Shown here piece after piece: positions 1-9,590 of a DNA stretch of 64,000 bases (the first letter of the stretch is position 1; each line of letters begins with the position of its first letter). The translations under genes were made by a program, and so were the position numbers. A model generated the notes under the pieces. The model saw only the letters and a list, made by a program, of their open reading frames with translations. It had not been told where the DNA came from and searched no databases. Source of the stretch: an archaeon (GTDB taxonomy: Archaea > Nanobdellota > Nanobdellia > CSSed11-243R1); contig JAJRVP010000015.1 of the NCBI GenBank assembly GCA_024277205.1, forward strand, positions 1,645-65,644, read 5' to 3'.

Positions 1-460
1 TATACTTTGCTTCTTTTGGATTTGCCCTACTAAGCAACCCAGCAATTATAGAAATCTTTTGATCAACTGCACCAACGCCAGAAACTTTTGCTGTTTTTAA
101 AAAACCATCATAAACTTCTGCAAGAGTTAATTCTTTTGGTTTTATCAATTTGTTTTTGAATTTTCCAGAAAGAGCTTCAGCAACTAATCCTAAATCTCCT
201 TTTTTCTTATAAAGTTCTTTTACTTTTTTAATATCTGTTCCTGTTGCTCTTGCAATTGCTTTTTCAAGCATTCTCTCTGCCATCCCAATCTCAATTCCCT
301 CATAAGCGGGTTTAATCCTCTCCTGGCAGATGTAAATTAACTTGTCAATATCAGAATGTGGGGTTTTCTTAAAAAGCTGGGAAAGAATTTCAAACATCTC
401 TAATCTTTTTGTAGTTTCCTCAAGCTTTTCAAAGTGCTCTGCAACAATTGCAAATTTCAT
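1..460 (-). CDS. ATP-dependent DNA ligase, N-terminal fragment (gene continues beyond window start)
   Basis: Reverse-strand translation from ATG at 458-460 gives MKFAIVAEHFEKLEETTKRLEMFEILSQLFKK..., the typical N-terminus of archaeal/eukaryotic ATP-dependent ligases. The frame runs off the window edge. It lies below the ORF-track cutoff region, so it is not in the provided track. Confidence 0.5.
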   Translation of the reverse strand, partial: MKFAIVAEHFEKLEETTKRLEMFEILSQLFKKTPHSDIDKLIYICQERIKPAYEGIEIGMAERMLEKAIARATGTDIKKVKELYKKKGDLGLVAEALSGKFKNKLIKPKELTLAEVYDGFLKTAKVSGVGAVDQKISIIAGLLSRANPKEAKY

Positions 461-499
461 AATAAAATAAAAAGAAAAATAGATATATTAAACTGTTGT

Positions 500-1018
500 T
501 TAACTATCAAAATTATATCTTTGACTTAATTCAATATCTTGTTTATTAAGTTTGTCCACTTTATTTTGATTCTTAGATAAGATAAGTTCTTTTAAGGTTG
601 GATTCATACCAGAATATATTTGTGCAACAAATTTTCCAACATTTTTTGGTTTTAATATATAGGCATTTGAACTACCGGGTGGATTAGTTAAACAGCTTTG
701 ATTTAACCCATCTGGGGGACAGCTTATAACTGGATATACAGAATGATAAGATAATGTTCCAGATAAAGCATCTGTTCCACCTGCAACAGCAATGTACACC
801 AAAGAACCATCTAATTGATTTAATTCCTCAATTATGCCCATTAACTTCTCTGGTTGTTTATGTGCTGAGCAAATCATAACTCTATGTGGAATTTCATAAT
901 CATCTAATGATTTAAGAATTTTTATTATGTGCGGTTCATCACTTCCAGAACCAGCCATAATAACAGCACAACCAGTCTTAGATTTTATAATTTCCTTAAA
1001 ATAGGAATCGATTGCCAT
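500..1018 (-). CDS. purE: N5-carboxyaminoimidazole ribonucleotide mutase (AIR carboxylase catalytic subunit)
   Basis: 172 aa. AVIMAGSGSD...YIAVAGG motifs are typical of the PurE fold. Sits in a pur cluster. Confidence 0.85.
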   Translation of the reverse strand: MAIDSYFKEIIKSKTGCAVIMAGSGSDEPHIIKILKSLDDYEIPHRVMICSAHKQPEKLMGIIEELNQLDGSLVYIAVAGGTDALSGTLSYHSVYPVISCPPDGLNQSCLTNPPGSSNAYILKPKNVGKFVAQIYSGMNPTLKELILSKNQNKVDKLNKQDIELSQRYNFDS

Positions 1019-1040
1019 CTCAACACCTCTTTATTCTTAA

Positions 1041-2438
1041 TTACTCCAAAATTAATTTATCAACTATATACTCAGCTTCACCAGTATAAGATGATGGACC
1101 GAATCTAATAATATTTCTCAATTCATCTTTAATCCTCTCTGGAATAACAAGATTATCAACAAATTTTAATAATTCCTCTATGGTTACTTTTCTTCCTCTT
1201 GTTAACTCTTTTAATCCTTCATATGCGCCAATATACCCTTCTCGTCTCAGGATTGTTTGTATTGGTTCTGCAAGTACTTCTGGATGTTCTTCAATGCATT
1301 TTTGCAAATAATCATAATTGGGTTCGATTCTGCTTAATCCTTTTAATGTGTTTTTCCATGCAATAAGCGTATGTCCAAATGCCTCTCCCATTGCTCTTAA
1401 CATAGTTGAGCCAGATAAATCTCTTTGCATTCTAGTAGTTGGCAATTCACTTAATGCTTCAAATATTGCATTTGCAATTCTTATATTCCCTTCGCTATTC
1501 TCAAAATTAATCGGGTTAACTTTGTGTGGCATTGTTGAAGAACCCACTTCTTCTTTTTTCTTTTTTTGTACGAGATAATCATAACTAATGTAAAGCCACA
1601 TATCTAAATCAAGTTTTTTAATTATTGTATTTGTCTCTTTTATTAAATTAAATAACTCAGAATATTCTGTATACCCATCTACTTGTGTTGTTACTAATTT
1701 TGGTTCCAATCCAATTGCTTCTAAAAATTTAACAGAAAATTCAACACCATCTATTATAGGATACGCTGCTACAAGAGCACTGTAATTACCAGTAGCCCCA
1801 TTTAACTTTGCTGGAATTTGGAATTTTTGTAATTTTTCTAATTTTCTGGAAAGTTCATTTGCAAAAACTGCAAATTCTTTACCAAGTGTTGTTGGAGATG
1901 CTGGTTGTCCATGTGTTCTTGCAAGCATTGGTAAATCAGCATATCTATGTGCATAGTCTCCTAATTTTTCAACAATTCTTTTTAACTGAAGTGCAAAGAT
2001 TGTTTGCATTGCTGTATTTAACATACTAGCATATGCAATGTTTGTACAATCCTCTGAAGTTAAAGCAAAATGTACACTTTCTACAACATCTTCTAAAGAA
2101 GCATTCTCTATATTTTCTTTAATAAAATATTCTACTGCTTTTACATCATGATTAATTTTAGAATCTATTTCTTTTATTTTTTTCATAGAATTTAAATCAA
2201 AGTTAAGATAAAGTTGCCTGAGATATTCTTTTTCTTCTTTAGTAAACTCTCTAACATGGGTTATGTCTGGGTGCTCTGATAAAAATATTAAATAATTTAC
2301 TTCCATCCAAACTCTACGCTGTTGTAAACCATATTCTGAAAAGTAATCTCTTAATTCTTTTGTATCTTTAGCATATCTCCCATCAACAGAACTTACTGCA
2401 GTAAAAGAATTCAACAGAAGTTCGTCCATCGTATCCAC
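1041..2438 (-). CDS. purB: adenylosuccinate lyase
   Basis: 465 aa. Fumarate-lyase superfamily signature region (SSxMPHKxN-like GSSTMPHKVNP). Length and context match PurB. Confidence 0.85.
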   Translation of the reverse strand: MDTMDELLLNSFTAVSSVDGRYAKDTKELRDYFSEYGLQQRRVWMEVNYLIFLSEHPDITHVREFTKEEKEYLRQLYLNFDLNSMKKIKEIDSKINHDVKAVEYFIKENIENASLEDVVESVHFALTSEDCTNIAYASMLNTAMQTIFALQLKRIVEKLGDYAHRYADLPMLARTHGQPASPTTLGKEFAVFANELSRKLEKLQKFQIPAKLNGATGNYSALVAAYPIIDGVEFSVKFLEAIGLEPKLVTTQVDGYTEYSELFNLIKETNTIIKKLDLDMWLYISYDYLVQKKKKEEVGSSTMPHKVNPINFENSEGNIRIANAIFEALSELPTTRMQRDLSGSTMLRAMGEAFGHTLIAWKNTLKGLSRIEPNYDYLQKCIEEHPEVLAEPIQTILRREGYIGAYEGLKELTRGRKVTIEELLKFVDNLVIPERIKDELRNIIRFGPSSYTGEAEYIVDKLILE

Positions 2439-3176
2439 CTAAAACCTTCTTACTAGTTCCAACATTTGTTCATATCCTACTTTTGCTTTTTTAACATCTC
2501 CTGTATCTCTATAAACTTGTTTGTCAATCATGTGCTCTTCTATCCCGCCTGGCCATACTCTCCAAGAATCATTTGTTAATTCATCTGCCAGAACTATTTG
2601 TCCATCAGATGTTATTCCGAATTCTACTTTGTAATCTACAAGAGTTGCACCAACATTTTCAAAGGCATCTCTTAGTATTTTGAAGGCCTTTATAGTAATC
2701 CCGTGAATTATCTTATACTGCTCATTTGTTAAAAGCCCTCCAGCAACTGCAAGACTCTTATTTATTGGTGGGTCGTGCTCTGCATCATTTTTGAAATGAG
2801 TTTCAAAAGTTACGTATGGTAATTGCTCTCCTTTTTTGAAAAATGGAAATCTCCTAACTAAAGAACCATATGCAATTTGCCTTGATATGCACTCCAAAGG
2901 AATCATGTCAACTTTTCTAACAAGCTGAGTATTTTCATCTATTTGTTCTACAAAATGAGTTGGTACTCCATGCCTATTTAGGCATCTCATAACTAAACTT
3001 GAAGTCTCACAATTTATTGCACCTTTTCCTTTCATCACATCATGTTTTGCACCATCACCAGCTGTTATATCATCCTTAAAGTATAACAGAGAAAGTTGTG
3101 GATTTTCTGGATGTGCATAAACAGTTTTTGTTTTTCCTTCAGCAATAATCTCCAATTGGCTTAAATCCCATTTCAT
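2439..3176 (-). CDS. purC: phosphoribosylaminoimidazole-succinocarboxamide (SAICAR) synthetase
   Basis: 245 aa with the EGKTK motif and SAICAR synthase-like organisation. Start is adjacent to the purB stop (2438/2439), consistent with an operon. Confidence 0.85.
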   Translation of the reverse strand: MKWDLSQLEIIAEGKTKTVYAHPENPQLSLLYFKDDITAGDGAKHDVMKGKGAINCETSSLVMRCLNRHGVPTHFVEQIDENTQLVRKVDMIPLECISRQIAYGSLVRRFPFFKKGEQLPYVTFETHFKNDAEHDPPINKSLAVAGGLLTNEQYKIIHGITIKAFKILRDAFENVGATLVDYKVEFGITSDGQIVLADELTNDSWRVWPGGIEEHMIDKQVYRDTGDVKKAKVGYEQMLELVRRF

Positions 3177-3260
3177 AAAAACACCCCCAAAACTTAAAAG
3201 AAAAGAAAATAACCAAATATAAATCTTTTGTCACCTTAAAGTTTATAAAAATCAACCCCT

Positions 3261-4616
3261 TTGAAACAGATATGTTTGGGGGTGAAATTTGTGGCTAGTG
3301 TTCTTGTTATAGGTAGTGGAGGAAGAGAGCATGCTCTTGCTTGGAAGCTTGCTCAAAGTCCAGAAGTTGATAAAGTTTATGTTGCTCCAGGAAATGGGGG
3401 AATTGCTACTGAATTTGAAAATGTTCCAATAAAACCAACAGATTTCAAAGCTCTTGCTAATTTTGTAGAAGAAAAAGAAATTAATTTAACAGTTGTTGGA
3501 CCAGACGCTCCTTTGGCAGAAGGAATTGTAGATTACTTTAACGAAATAAAACTAAGAATTTTTGGTCCAACAAAGAATGCAGCTCAAATTGAAGCAGATA
3601 AATATTTTGCAAAAAAGTTAATGCTTGATGGACACATTCCAACTGCATTCTATGTTCCAGCAAGGCTTGACAGTATTGATGTAGCAATTGAGGCAGCGTA
3701 TAACTTCATAGAACAATTTGGTGGTGTTGTTATTAAATACCCCTATCTTGCAGCTGGTAAGGGAGTATATGTCTGTAAAACAAGATGTGAAGCAGAAAAT
3801 GCAATTAAAGACATAACAGATGGTAAGTTTGGCAAAACCAATATAATCCTACTTGAAGAATTACTAAAAGGGGAAGAAGCATCATTCTTGGCTTTTGTAG
3901 ATGGAGAAACAGTGGTTCCTCTTTTGCCCGCACAAGACCATAAACCAATCTATGATGGAGATAAAGGTCCAAACACAGGAGGTATGGGTGCTTATGCACC
4001 AGCACCAATTGTAGATGAAGAAATGCAAAAAAGGATTATGAAAGAAATTATGAAACCAATGATTGATGAAATGAAAGAGGTTGAAATTGGATATAAAGGA
4101 GTTCTTTATGCGGGATTAATGATTACAGAAGATGGTCCAAAAGTTTTAGAATTTAACTGTAGGTTTGGCGACCCAGAGACCCAACCATTAATGGTATTAC
4201 TCGAATCTGATTTATATAATATAATGAATGCTGCAGTTGATAGAAGATTAAATAAAATTGATAAATTAAAATTCAAACCTGGCTATGCAGTAACTGTTGT
4301 TATGGCATCGCAAGGATATCCCGGGAGTTATGAGAAAGGAAAACTAATAACAGGATTAAATGAAATTTCAATAAAACAAACTGGAACACCATTTGACAAA
4401 TATAGGGGTGTTAATGTTTTCCACGCTGGGACAAAACTTGGTGAAGAAGGAAACTTACTTACCAATGGTGGAAGAGTTCTGGGAGTGACAGCATGGGATG
4501 CGACTCTTTCTGGAGCACAAGGAATTGCATACGACAATATTGCAAAAATTAACTTTGATGGTGTATTCTATAGAACAGACATTGCAGACAAAGGCATCAG
4601 GAGGATAAGAAGTTGA
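3261..4616 (+). CDS. purD: phosphoribosylamine-glycine ligase (GAR synthetase)
   Basis: 451 aa. N-terminal VLVIGSGGREHALAWKL matches the PurD signature and an ATP-grasp region follows. Divergent from purC across an AT-rich spacer. Confidence 0.85.
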   Translation: MKQICLGVKFVASVLVIGSGGREHALAWKLAQSPEVDKVYVAPGNGGIATEFENVPIKPTDFKALANFVEEKEINLTVVGPDAPLAEGIVDYFNEIKLRIFGPTKNAAQIEADKYFAKKLMLDGHIPTAFYVPARLDSIDVAIEAAYNFIEQFGGVVIKYPYLAAGKGVYVCKTRCEAENAIKDITDGKFGKTNIILLEELLKGEEASFLAFVDGETVVPLLPAQDHKPIYDGDKGPNTGGMGAYAPAPIVDEEMQKRIMKEIMKPMIDEMKEVEIGYKGVLYAGLMITEDGPKVLEFNCRFGDPETQPLMVLLESDLYNIMNAAVDRRLNKIDKLKFKPGYAVTVVMASQGYPGSYEKGKLITGLNEISIKQTGTPFDKYRGVNVFHAGTKLGEEGNLLTNGGRVLGVTAWDATLSGAQGIAYDNIAKINFDGVFYRTDIADKGIRRIRS

Positions 4617-5713
4617 ACTACGAGCAAATTCATGAGGGGCGCTTAGAATTAATTAGGGCTTATGCGAAAAAGATTTGGGAAGTTTTAATTCCGAAGATGG
4701 AGGTGTGGGATGAAGAAAACCCACTCTTTGATGTGTTTAACAATGCACCATTTTTAAGCAAGGCTGATGTATATTGGGGTGACATTAATGTCATATTGTG
4801 GGGTTCAGGAAGTTTTTCAACAGGAAGGATAGAACTAGAAGAGTGGAGACGAGCAAAAAATGAAATTCCAAATCTCCCGGTTGAGTACTTAGCTGTTGTT
4901 TCAAATAACAAAAAATCGAATGCACGAAAAGTTGCGGAAGACTTTGACCTACCACTTGTGGAAATAGATTTTAAAGAATGGTATAGGGAAAATTATGACA
5001 AAAATTCAAAAAACCCTATCAAAGAAACAGGTTTATTCTTTCCGCCAGGAAGCGAGCTACCAGATGATGTTGAGCATCGATTCAAAATTCGGGAAAAATT
5101 TGAAGAAGGATTAGTAGAGTTACTTCATGAGAAAGCCAAAACATATGCAGACACAATTTTATTTAACTCCCTTCGTGGATATAACTTTCCAATAATTCAT
5201 TCTTATGGCATGTTTTTTGACGACACCCATCCAGCAGATTTGTCATATGTAGATGAAAATGGAATTCCGCTTTATCCTGGCTGGCAGTCTGGCGCAACAC
5301 AGAAAATGATTAAAGATGGACACAAGATATTTAGAAGCAGTTTGATTTGGGTGCATTCAATTGGAGATATCAAAAATATTCAAAATGTTGATTCGGGGGA
5401 ACTTTTGGCATTAAGCGAGGGCATCAGTTACAATGGAAGGGATGCAAAAGAAATTCAAAACATAATGAAAATTACAGAAGATTCTATGCTTGTTGCCTTA
5501 AAAGCGTGGGGGTTATTCCCTCTGTTATGGAGCTATATATCTCATAAGGTGAAAATTCCATATAAGATGTTAGACGATACGGTAGTGTGGAGAAAAGAAC
5601 ATAATATTATCGTTGGAAAAAGGGAGAGGGGTGGAGCAAGGGCTTTTGGCGGCCAGAACTTTAGGTTACATTTGGAAAATCTTTTGGATGATGTTAAATC
5701 TTTAACAAAGTAG
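4613..5713 (+). CDS. formyltransferase-fold protein, divergent PurN-like N-terminal half plus uncharacterised C-terminal extension
   Basis: 366 aa. Start overlaps the purD stop by 4 nt (ATGA coupling). AVVSNNKKSNARKVAEDFDLPLV resembles the PurN nucleotide-binding region. SLRGYNFPIIHSYGMFFDD resembles the catalytic N...H...D segment. The C-terminal 150 aa have no recognisable domain. Confidence 0.4.
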   Translation: MNYEQIHEGRLELIRAYAKKIWEVLIPKMEVWDEENPLFDVFNNAPFLSKADVYWGDINVILWGSGSFSTGRIELEEWRRAKNEIPNLPVEYLAVVSNNKKSNARKVAEDFDLPLVEIDFKEWYRENYDKNSKNPIKETGLFFPPGSELPDDVEHRFKIREKFEEGLVELLHEKAKTYADTILFNSLRGYNFPIIHSYGMFFDDTHPADLSYVDENGIPLYPGWQSGATQKMIKDGHKIFRSSLIWVHSIGDIKNIQNVDSGELLALSEGISYNGRDAKEIQNIMKITEDSMLVALKAWGLFPLLWSYISHKVKIPYKMLDDTVVWRKEHNIIVGKRERGGARAFGGQNFRLHLENLLDDVKSLTK

Positions 5714-5718
5714 AAAAG

Positions 5719-5937
5719 TTAATTATTTATCTTGCTGAGCATAAGAATCATAACCACTGATATCCCTGTTACTATTACTGCTGAAGCTGTAAGTGCAATT
5801 GCACCACTACCTGTTGTAATTATTGGTTTTAACCATTCTTTTATTGCTTCATTCCATTGCAAAGCTGCAACAAAACCAAATGCTGATGCCACAAGTGTAG
5901 CTATTTGCTTTTTAAATTCAGACATAATCCTTGCCAT
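5719..5937 (-). CDS. small membrane protein (two predicted transmembrane segments), conserved hypothetical
   Basis: 72 aa, hydrophobic and protein-like. The antisense ORF 5732..5950 is rejected. Confidence 0.35.
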   Translation of the reverse strand: MARIMSEFKKQIATLVASAFGFVAALQWNEAIKEWLKPIITTGSGAIALTASAVIVTGISVVMILMLSKINN

Positions 5938-5982
5938 AGAACTAGCATAAGGTTTTTAACTTATAAGAATTTCTAAAATGGT

Positions 5983-6216
5983 ATGACATACAAAATAATT
6001 TTACCAGATAAAACTGAAATGAAATTTGAAGATAAAAACGGTGCTATGAAATCTGCAAAAGAAAATGCCACAAGACAAAATAAAGTCATATCAGTACATA
6101 TGGAGAAAGGTGGCGAATGGGTTCAAATAGCACTTGTTTATCCAAATGGGTTCATCCAAGAGGGCACAGGTGGATTTGGATTTTTCAAAAACTTGCCAGT
6201 TGGAAGAAGAAGGTAA
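5983..6216 (+). CDS. small hypothetical protein, DUF2188-like (KGG-W motif)
   Basis: 77 aa. VHMEKGGEWVQ resembles the HEKGGW core of DUF2188 mini-proteins. Confidence 0.3.
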   Translation: MTYKIILPDKTEMKFEDKNGAMKSAKENATRQNKVISVHMEKGGEWVQIALVYPNGFIQEGTGGFGFFKNLPVGRRR

Positions 6217-6354
6217 ACAAAATCTTTAAAATCCATAACTATTTCTTTTTTCTTAATGAAAAATGTTTTTAAGTGGTTGATATATTATTCACGAAAAAGA
6301 AGAAAGGGAGTTCCATTTCTGGATTTTTGCATCTAAAATTGAGAGGGATGTTGA

Positions 6355-6591
6355 ATGGTATCTGAGTGGCAAAAAAATTATGAAACCGAAGCAAAAGAAA
6401 TAATTAAAAAATCTGTAGAAGAGTACGAAGATATGGTAAGAATGAGTAACATAGCTGCTGCAAAATTTTGTGAATGTGGTTCTCACCATACCGAGTTTAA
6501 ATTAAGATTTTGTAAAAGGTGCAAAAAATCTTTTTGCAAAGAGCATGGAGATTTAAAAAAGGGAATCTGTTATGAATGTGAAAGGTTATGA
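6355..6591 (+). CDS. AN1-like zinc-finger mini-protein (paralog A)
   Basis: 78 aa. Cysteine/histidine pattern is C-x-C-x11-C-x2-C-x4-C-x2-H-x7-C-x2-C, close to AN1-type zinc fingers. Paralogous to ORF 8429..8632. Confidence 0.5.
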   Translation: MVSEWQKNYETEAKEIIKKSVEEYEDMVRMSNIAAAKFCECGSHHTEFKLRFCKRCKKSFCKEHGDLKKGICYECERL

Positions 6592-6842
6592 AAAAAGAAA
6601 TTCTTGAAGATGTATTAAAATATTTAATTCCATACTATAGATTTGTTATAAATAATGTTCTTAAAGGCAATAAAATAAATGTTAAAGAAATCATTGAAAA
6701 TGGGATTAAAACAGGAGAAGTTATTTTTAATGAATCTTTAAAAATTAATTTAAAAGAACTTGAAAAGCAGAAGGGTAAGAAATGGGTAATTGCTTTAAAA
6801 AAACAACTAAAAATATTTTCAGAAACTATTGAAAAGATTTAA
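6588..6842 (+). CDS. hypothetical small protein, translationally coupled to zinc-finger paralog A
   Basis: 84 aa. The ATGA overlap with the upstream gene indicates coupling. Its 3' end overlaps the convergent ATPase gene by 17 nt. Confidence 0.3.
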   Translation: MKKEILEDVLKYLIPYYRFVINNVLKGNKINVKEIIENGIKTGEVIFNESLKINLKELEKQKGKKWVIALKKQLKIFSETIEKI

Positions 6843-8397
6843 TAAATTTCCCACTAACAGCATCCATAATAACTTCTTTTTTAGAATTTTTAAAAATTAA
6901 TGTGGCTTTATAAAAAGGATAATATATTTTCCTCTCATTCACAATATCTACTTTTTCTCCTAAACTCCTAACAAAAGCACCTAACTCCTTTGAGTCAATT
7001 TTTGATTCCAATCTCTTAGCACTTACTTTTAATCTATTAGCTTCAATTTTTTTCTTTGCAATCTTCTTAAGAGGTGGAAGTCTCAATTTTGTAAATGGGA
7101 AATAAATTCTGCTTCTTCCAATTTTTTTATCTCTTATCAACCCTTTTTCTAAAAGTTTTTTAAGGGACAACCTAATAGACTCGGGAGAGCGTTTAAGTAA
7201 ATAAGCAATTTCTGTGGTTGTTGCTTTTTTCTTTTTTGTTATAATATTAAAAACCTCCAAATCGTTTGTGTCTAATCCTAAAAGTTCATGTATATCAAAT
7301 AAAATTGAAAAACCTTTATCTAATGAAATAATATTTCCTGTGATTCCATCAAAATAAGCATGGATTGTTAAAAATTCATGCCCAATAATTTTTTTCTTAA
7401 GATATTTTATATCACAACTAAATATTGGACGAAGGATTAAATGAAAACCTGAAATAAGAGCGCTCCTTCCGAAGAATTTGAATCTTCTAGTACTCTTTTT
7501 AATCTTTTGAAATGCTTCTTCTTTGGAGATTTGTGGTTTTATACCTATTGTGCTAACTTCTTCAACTTCAGGTGTGGTTTCTTCTTTTTCTTTTAATTCT
7601 GCTTCTAATTCTTCTAATTCTTTTGTTCTTATTACACGACGGCCAAGTATTCTTGGGGTAATTGCCCGATGTCTTGTCTCTCTTTTTCTTATTTTTACAA
7701 GTTTTGGTGAGGATATATCTCCTTGAATAAAAAATTGTCCTGGTTTAAGTTGTGGTAGCTTTTCTAAATCTTCTTTATTTGGAAAAAATAGTTTAACTGC
7801 ATCAATATCATTCCGAATTGTTAATTTTCCAATTATTTGATTTCCACATTGGGATAAAATATTCTTGCTGACAAGCGCAGGTCTTTGCGTTGCGATTATT
7901 AACCCCAATCCTCTTTTTCTTCCACGCCTACTTATTTCCTCAATTTCTTTTAGAATATTTCCTCTTTGTGGTGCAAATTTGTCAATTTCTTCAATTATAA
8001 TGAGATACGGCTGTTTAATTTTACTACCTATTTTATAAATGGCTCTTAAAAATTTAGAAACTGCCTCTCTTGGATTATCCACTTCTGATACATCAAAGAT
8101 TATGGGAATTCCTTTTCTAAGGGCCTTTTCTGCCAGTTTTTTATAATCTACATTTTCAATAGACAGCTCACAATTCTCTCCAGAGCCCACCCAAAGTATT
8201 GGATACTTATCTTTTAAGCTGAAATATTCTCCTTCTGTATCTATTATGCAAAATCCAATATTATTTTTTGCAAGCTCTTCACATATAACTGCAACAGTAT
8301 AACTTTTACCAGAACCGCTCTGCCCAATTATGCAAGTCCTTCCAGTAACTAATTTATCTGCATCTATTCCTGCTTCAGGAGAGATTGCTAATTCCAT
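6826..8397 (-). CDS. HerA/FtsK-superfamily (DUF87-like) P-loop ATPase with C-terminal winged-helix domain
   Basis: Walker A is GQSGSGKS and Walker B is LIIIEEID. The ATQRP motif is typical of HerA/VirB4-like ATPases. C-terminal TTEIAYLLKRSPESIRLSLKKLLEKGLIRD is wHTH-like. Start chosen at Met25 (8397), downstream of the upstream zinc-finger gene stop; the track ORF extends to 8469. Confidence 0.55.
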   Translation of the reverse strand: MELAISPEAGIDADKLVTGRTCIIGQSGSGKSYTVAVICEELAKNNIGFCIIDTEGEYFSLKDKYPILWVGSGENCELSIENVDYKKLAEKALRKGIPIIFDVSEVDNPREAVSKFLRAIYKIGSKIKQPYLIIIEEIDKFAPQRGNILKEIEEISRRGRKRGLGLIIATQRPALVSKNILSQCGNQIIGKLTIRNDIDAVKLFFPNKEDLEKLPQLKPGQFFIQGDISSPKLVKIRKRETRHRAITPRILGRRVIRTKELEELEAELKEKEETTPEVEEVSTIGIKPQISKEEAFQKIKKSTRRFKFFGRSALISGFHLILRPIFSCDIKYLKKKIIGHEFLTIHAYFDGITGNIISLDKGFSILFDIHELLGLDTNDLEVFNIITKKKKATTTEIAYLLKRSPESIRLSLKKLLEKGLIRDKKIGRSRIYFPFTKLRLPPLKKIAKKKIEANRLKVSAKRLESKIDSKELGAFVRSLGEKVDIVNERKIYYPFYKATLIFKNSKKEVIMDAVSGKFIKSFQ

Positions 8398-8428
8398 AAA
8401 AATCCCAAGAAACTTTATGGTTAAATAT

Positions 8429-8632
8429 TTATTCGTGTTCTTCTTGTTCCATATCTTGTATGTCATCAATTATGTCTGCTTCCTCTTGTTTTTTCTCTTC
8501 AAGTTCATAATTTCTGCAATCATCGCAGAGTTCTGTATCTACATCTCCATGTTCTCTGCAGAAACTAGCACCACATTCTTTACATATAAATACTTCTTCA
8601 ACTTCCTTTTCACATATATTACATTTTGACAT
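8429..8632 (-). CDS. AN1-like zinc-finger mini-protein (paralog B) with acidic C-terminal tail
   Basis: 67 aa. Pattern is C-x2-C-x9-C-x2-C-x4-C-x2-H-x7-C-x2-C, followed by a D/E-rich tail. Lies immediately upstream of and co-directional with the ATPase. Confidence 0.5.
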   Translation of the reverse strand: MSKCNICEKEVEEVFICKECGASFCREHGDVDTELCDDCRNYELEEKKQEEADIIDDIQDMEQEEHE

Positions 8633-8684
8633 ACAATAGTTAGGATTCTAATTATTTTTAAATATTACACTTCTTAAATTTAGC

Positions 8685-9590
8685 ATGGAAATTGTATTTC
8701 TCGGAACTGGCAGCATGTTCCCAACAAAAAAAAGAGCACACCCGAGCATTTTTATCAGAGATGAAAAGATTAAATTTTTATTTGATTGTGGAGAAGGGAC
8801 TCAGCGACAAATGCGTATTGCTGGAATAAGTCCAACAAAGTTAGATTACATATTTATAACTCATTGGCATGGAGACCACACATTAGGGCTTGCTGGCATA
8901 TTTCAATCTCTATCTGCAAGCCAAAGAGAAAGAAAATTAATTGTTTATGGCCCTGTTGGAACAAATGCAAGAGTATCTCATTTACTAAAAGCATTTGCAT
9001 TTGATTTAAAATATCCAATTGAAGTTAATGAAATAAAAATCAAAGAAGGTAAGGTATATAGAATAATTGATGAAAAAGAATTTGCAGTTGAAGCAATGTA
9101 TGTCAAGCATATAATCCCATGTGTTAATTATGCATATATTAAAAAAGGCAAAAGAAAAATAAATCTTGAATATACAAAAAAATTTGGGCTTGTGAGACAC
9201 AAAATTCTTGGAAAACTGCAAAAAGGAGAAACAATTGTTTACAAAGGACACAAAATTACACCTGAAAAAGGAACATACTTAACACCAGATAAAAGAATTA
9301 CGTATATAACGGATACAAATTACTTCAAAGGATTAGAAAAGCTTGCAAAAGATGCAGAAATCCTCATTTCAGAAGGAACTTTTTCAGAAGATTTAGAAAC
9401 AAAAGCTCGTGAATACACCCATATGACTGCTAAAGAAGCTGCAAAGCTTGCTAAAAAGGCAAAAGCAAAAAGATTGGTTTTAACCCATTTCTCACAAAGG
9501 TATAAGGATGTCTCAAAGTTAAAAGAAGAAGCTCAAAAAATTTTCAAAAATGTAGAAACTGCAAATGACTTTGATAAGATTATGATTTGA
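8685..9590 (+). CDS. rnz: ribonuclease Z (tRNA 3' endonuclease), metallo-beta-lactamase fold
   Basis: 301 aa. The HWHGDH motif and the length are typical of short-form RNase Z. Confidence 0.8.
   Translation: MEIVFLGTGSMFPTKKRAHPSIFIRDEKIKFLFDCGEGTQRQMRIAGISPTKLDYIFITHWHGDHTLGLAGIFQSLSASQRERKLIVYGPVGTNARVSHLLKAFAFDLKYPIEVNEIKIKEGKVYRIIDEKEFAVEAMYVKHIIPCVNYAYIKKGKRKINLEYTKKFGLVRHKILGKLQKGETIVYKGHKITPEKGTYLTPDKRITYITDTNYFKGLEKLAKDAEILISEGTFSEDLETKAREYTHMTAKEAAKLAKKAKAKRLVLTHFSQRYKDVSKLKEEAQKIFKNVETANDFDKIMI

Noticed and set aside
1318-2029. Plus-strand ORFs (86 and 73 aa) inside purB
   Set aside because: They are antisense to a well-supported long gene. Their low-complexity F/L/I-rich translations are typical of the AT-rich reverse frame.
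5732-5950. Plus-strand 72-aa ORF mirroring the minus-strand ORF 5719..5937
   Set aside because: Both are hydrophobic. The minus frame has charged termini and reads like a protein, so only one is kept. Calling both would double-count.
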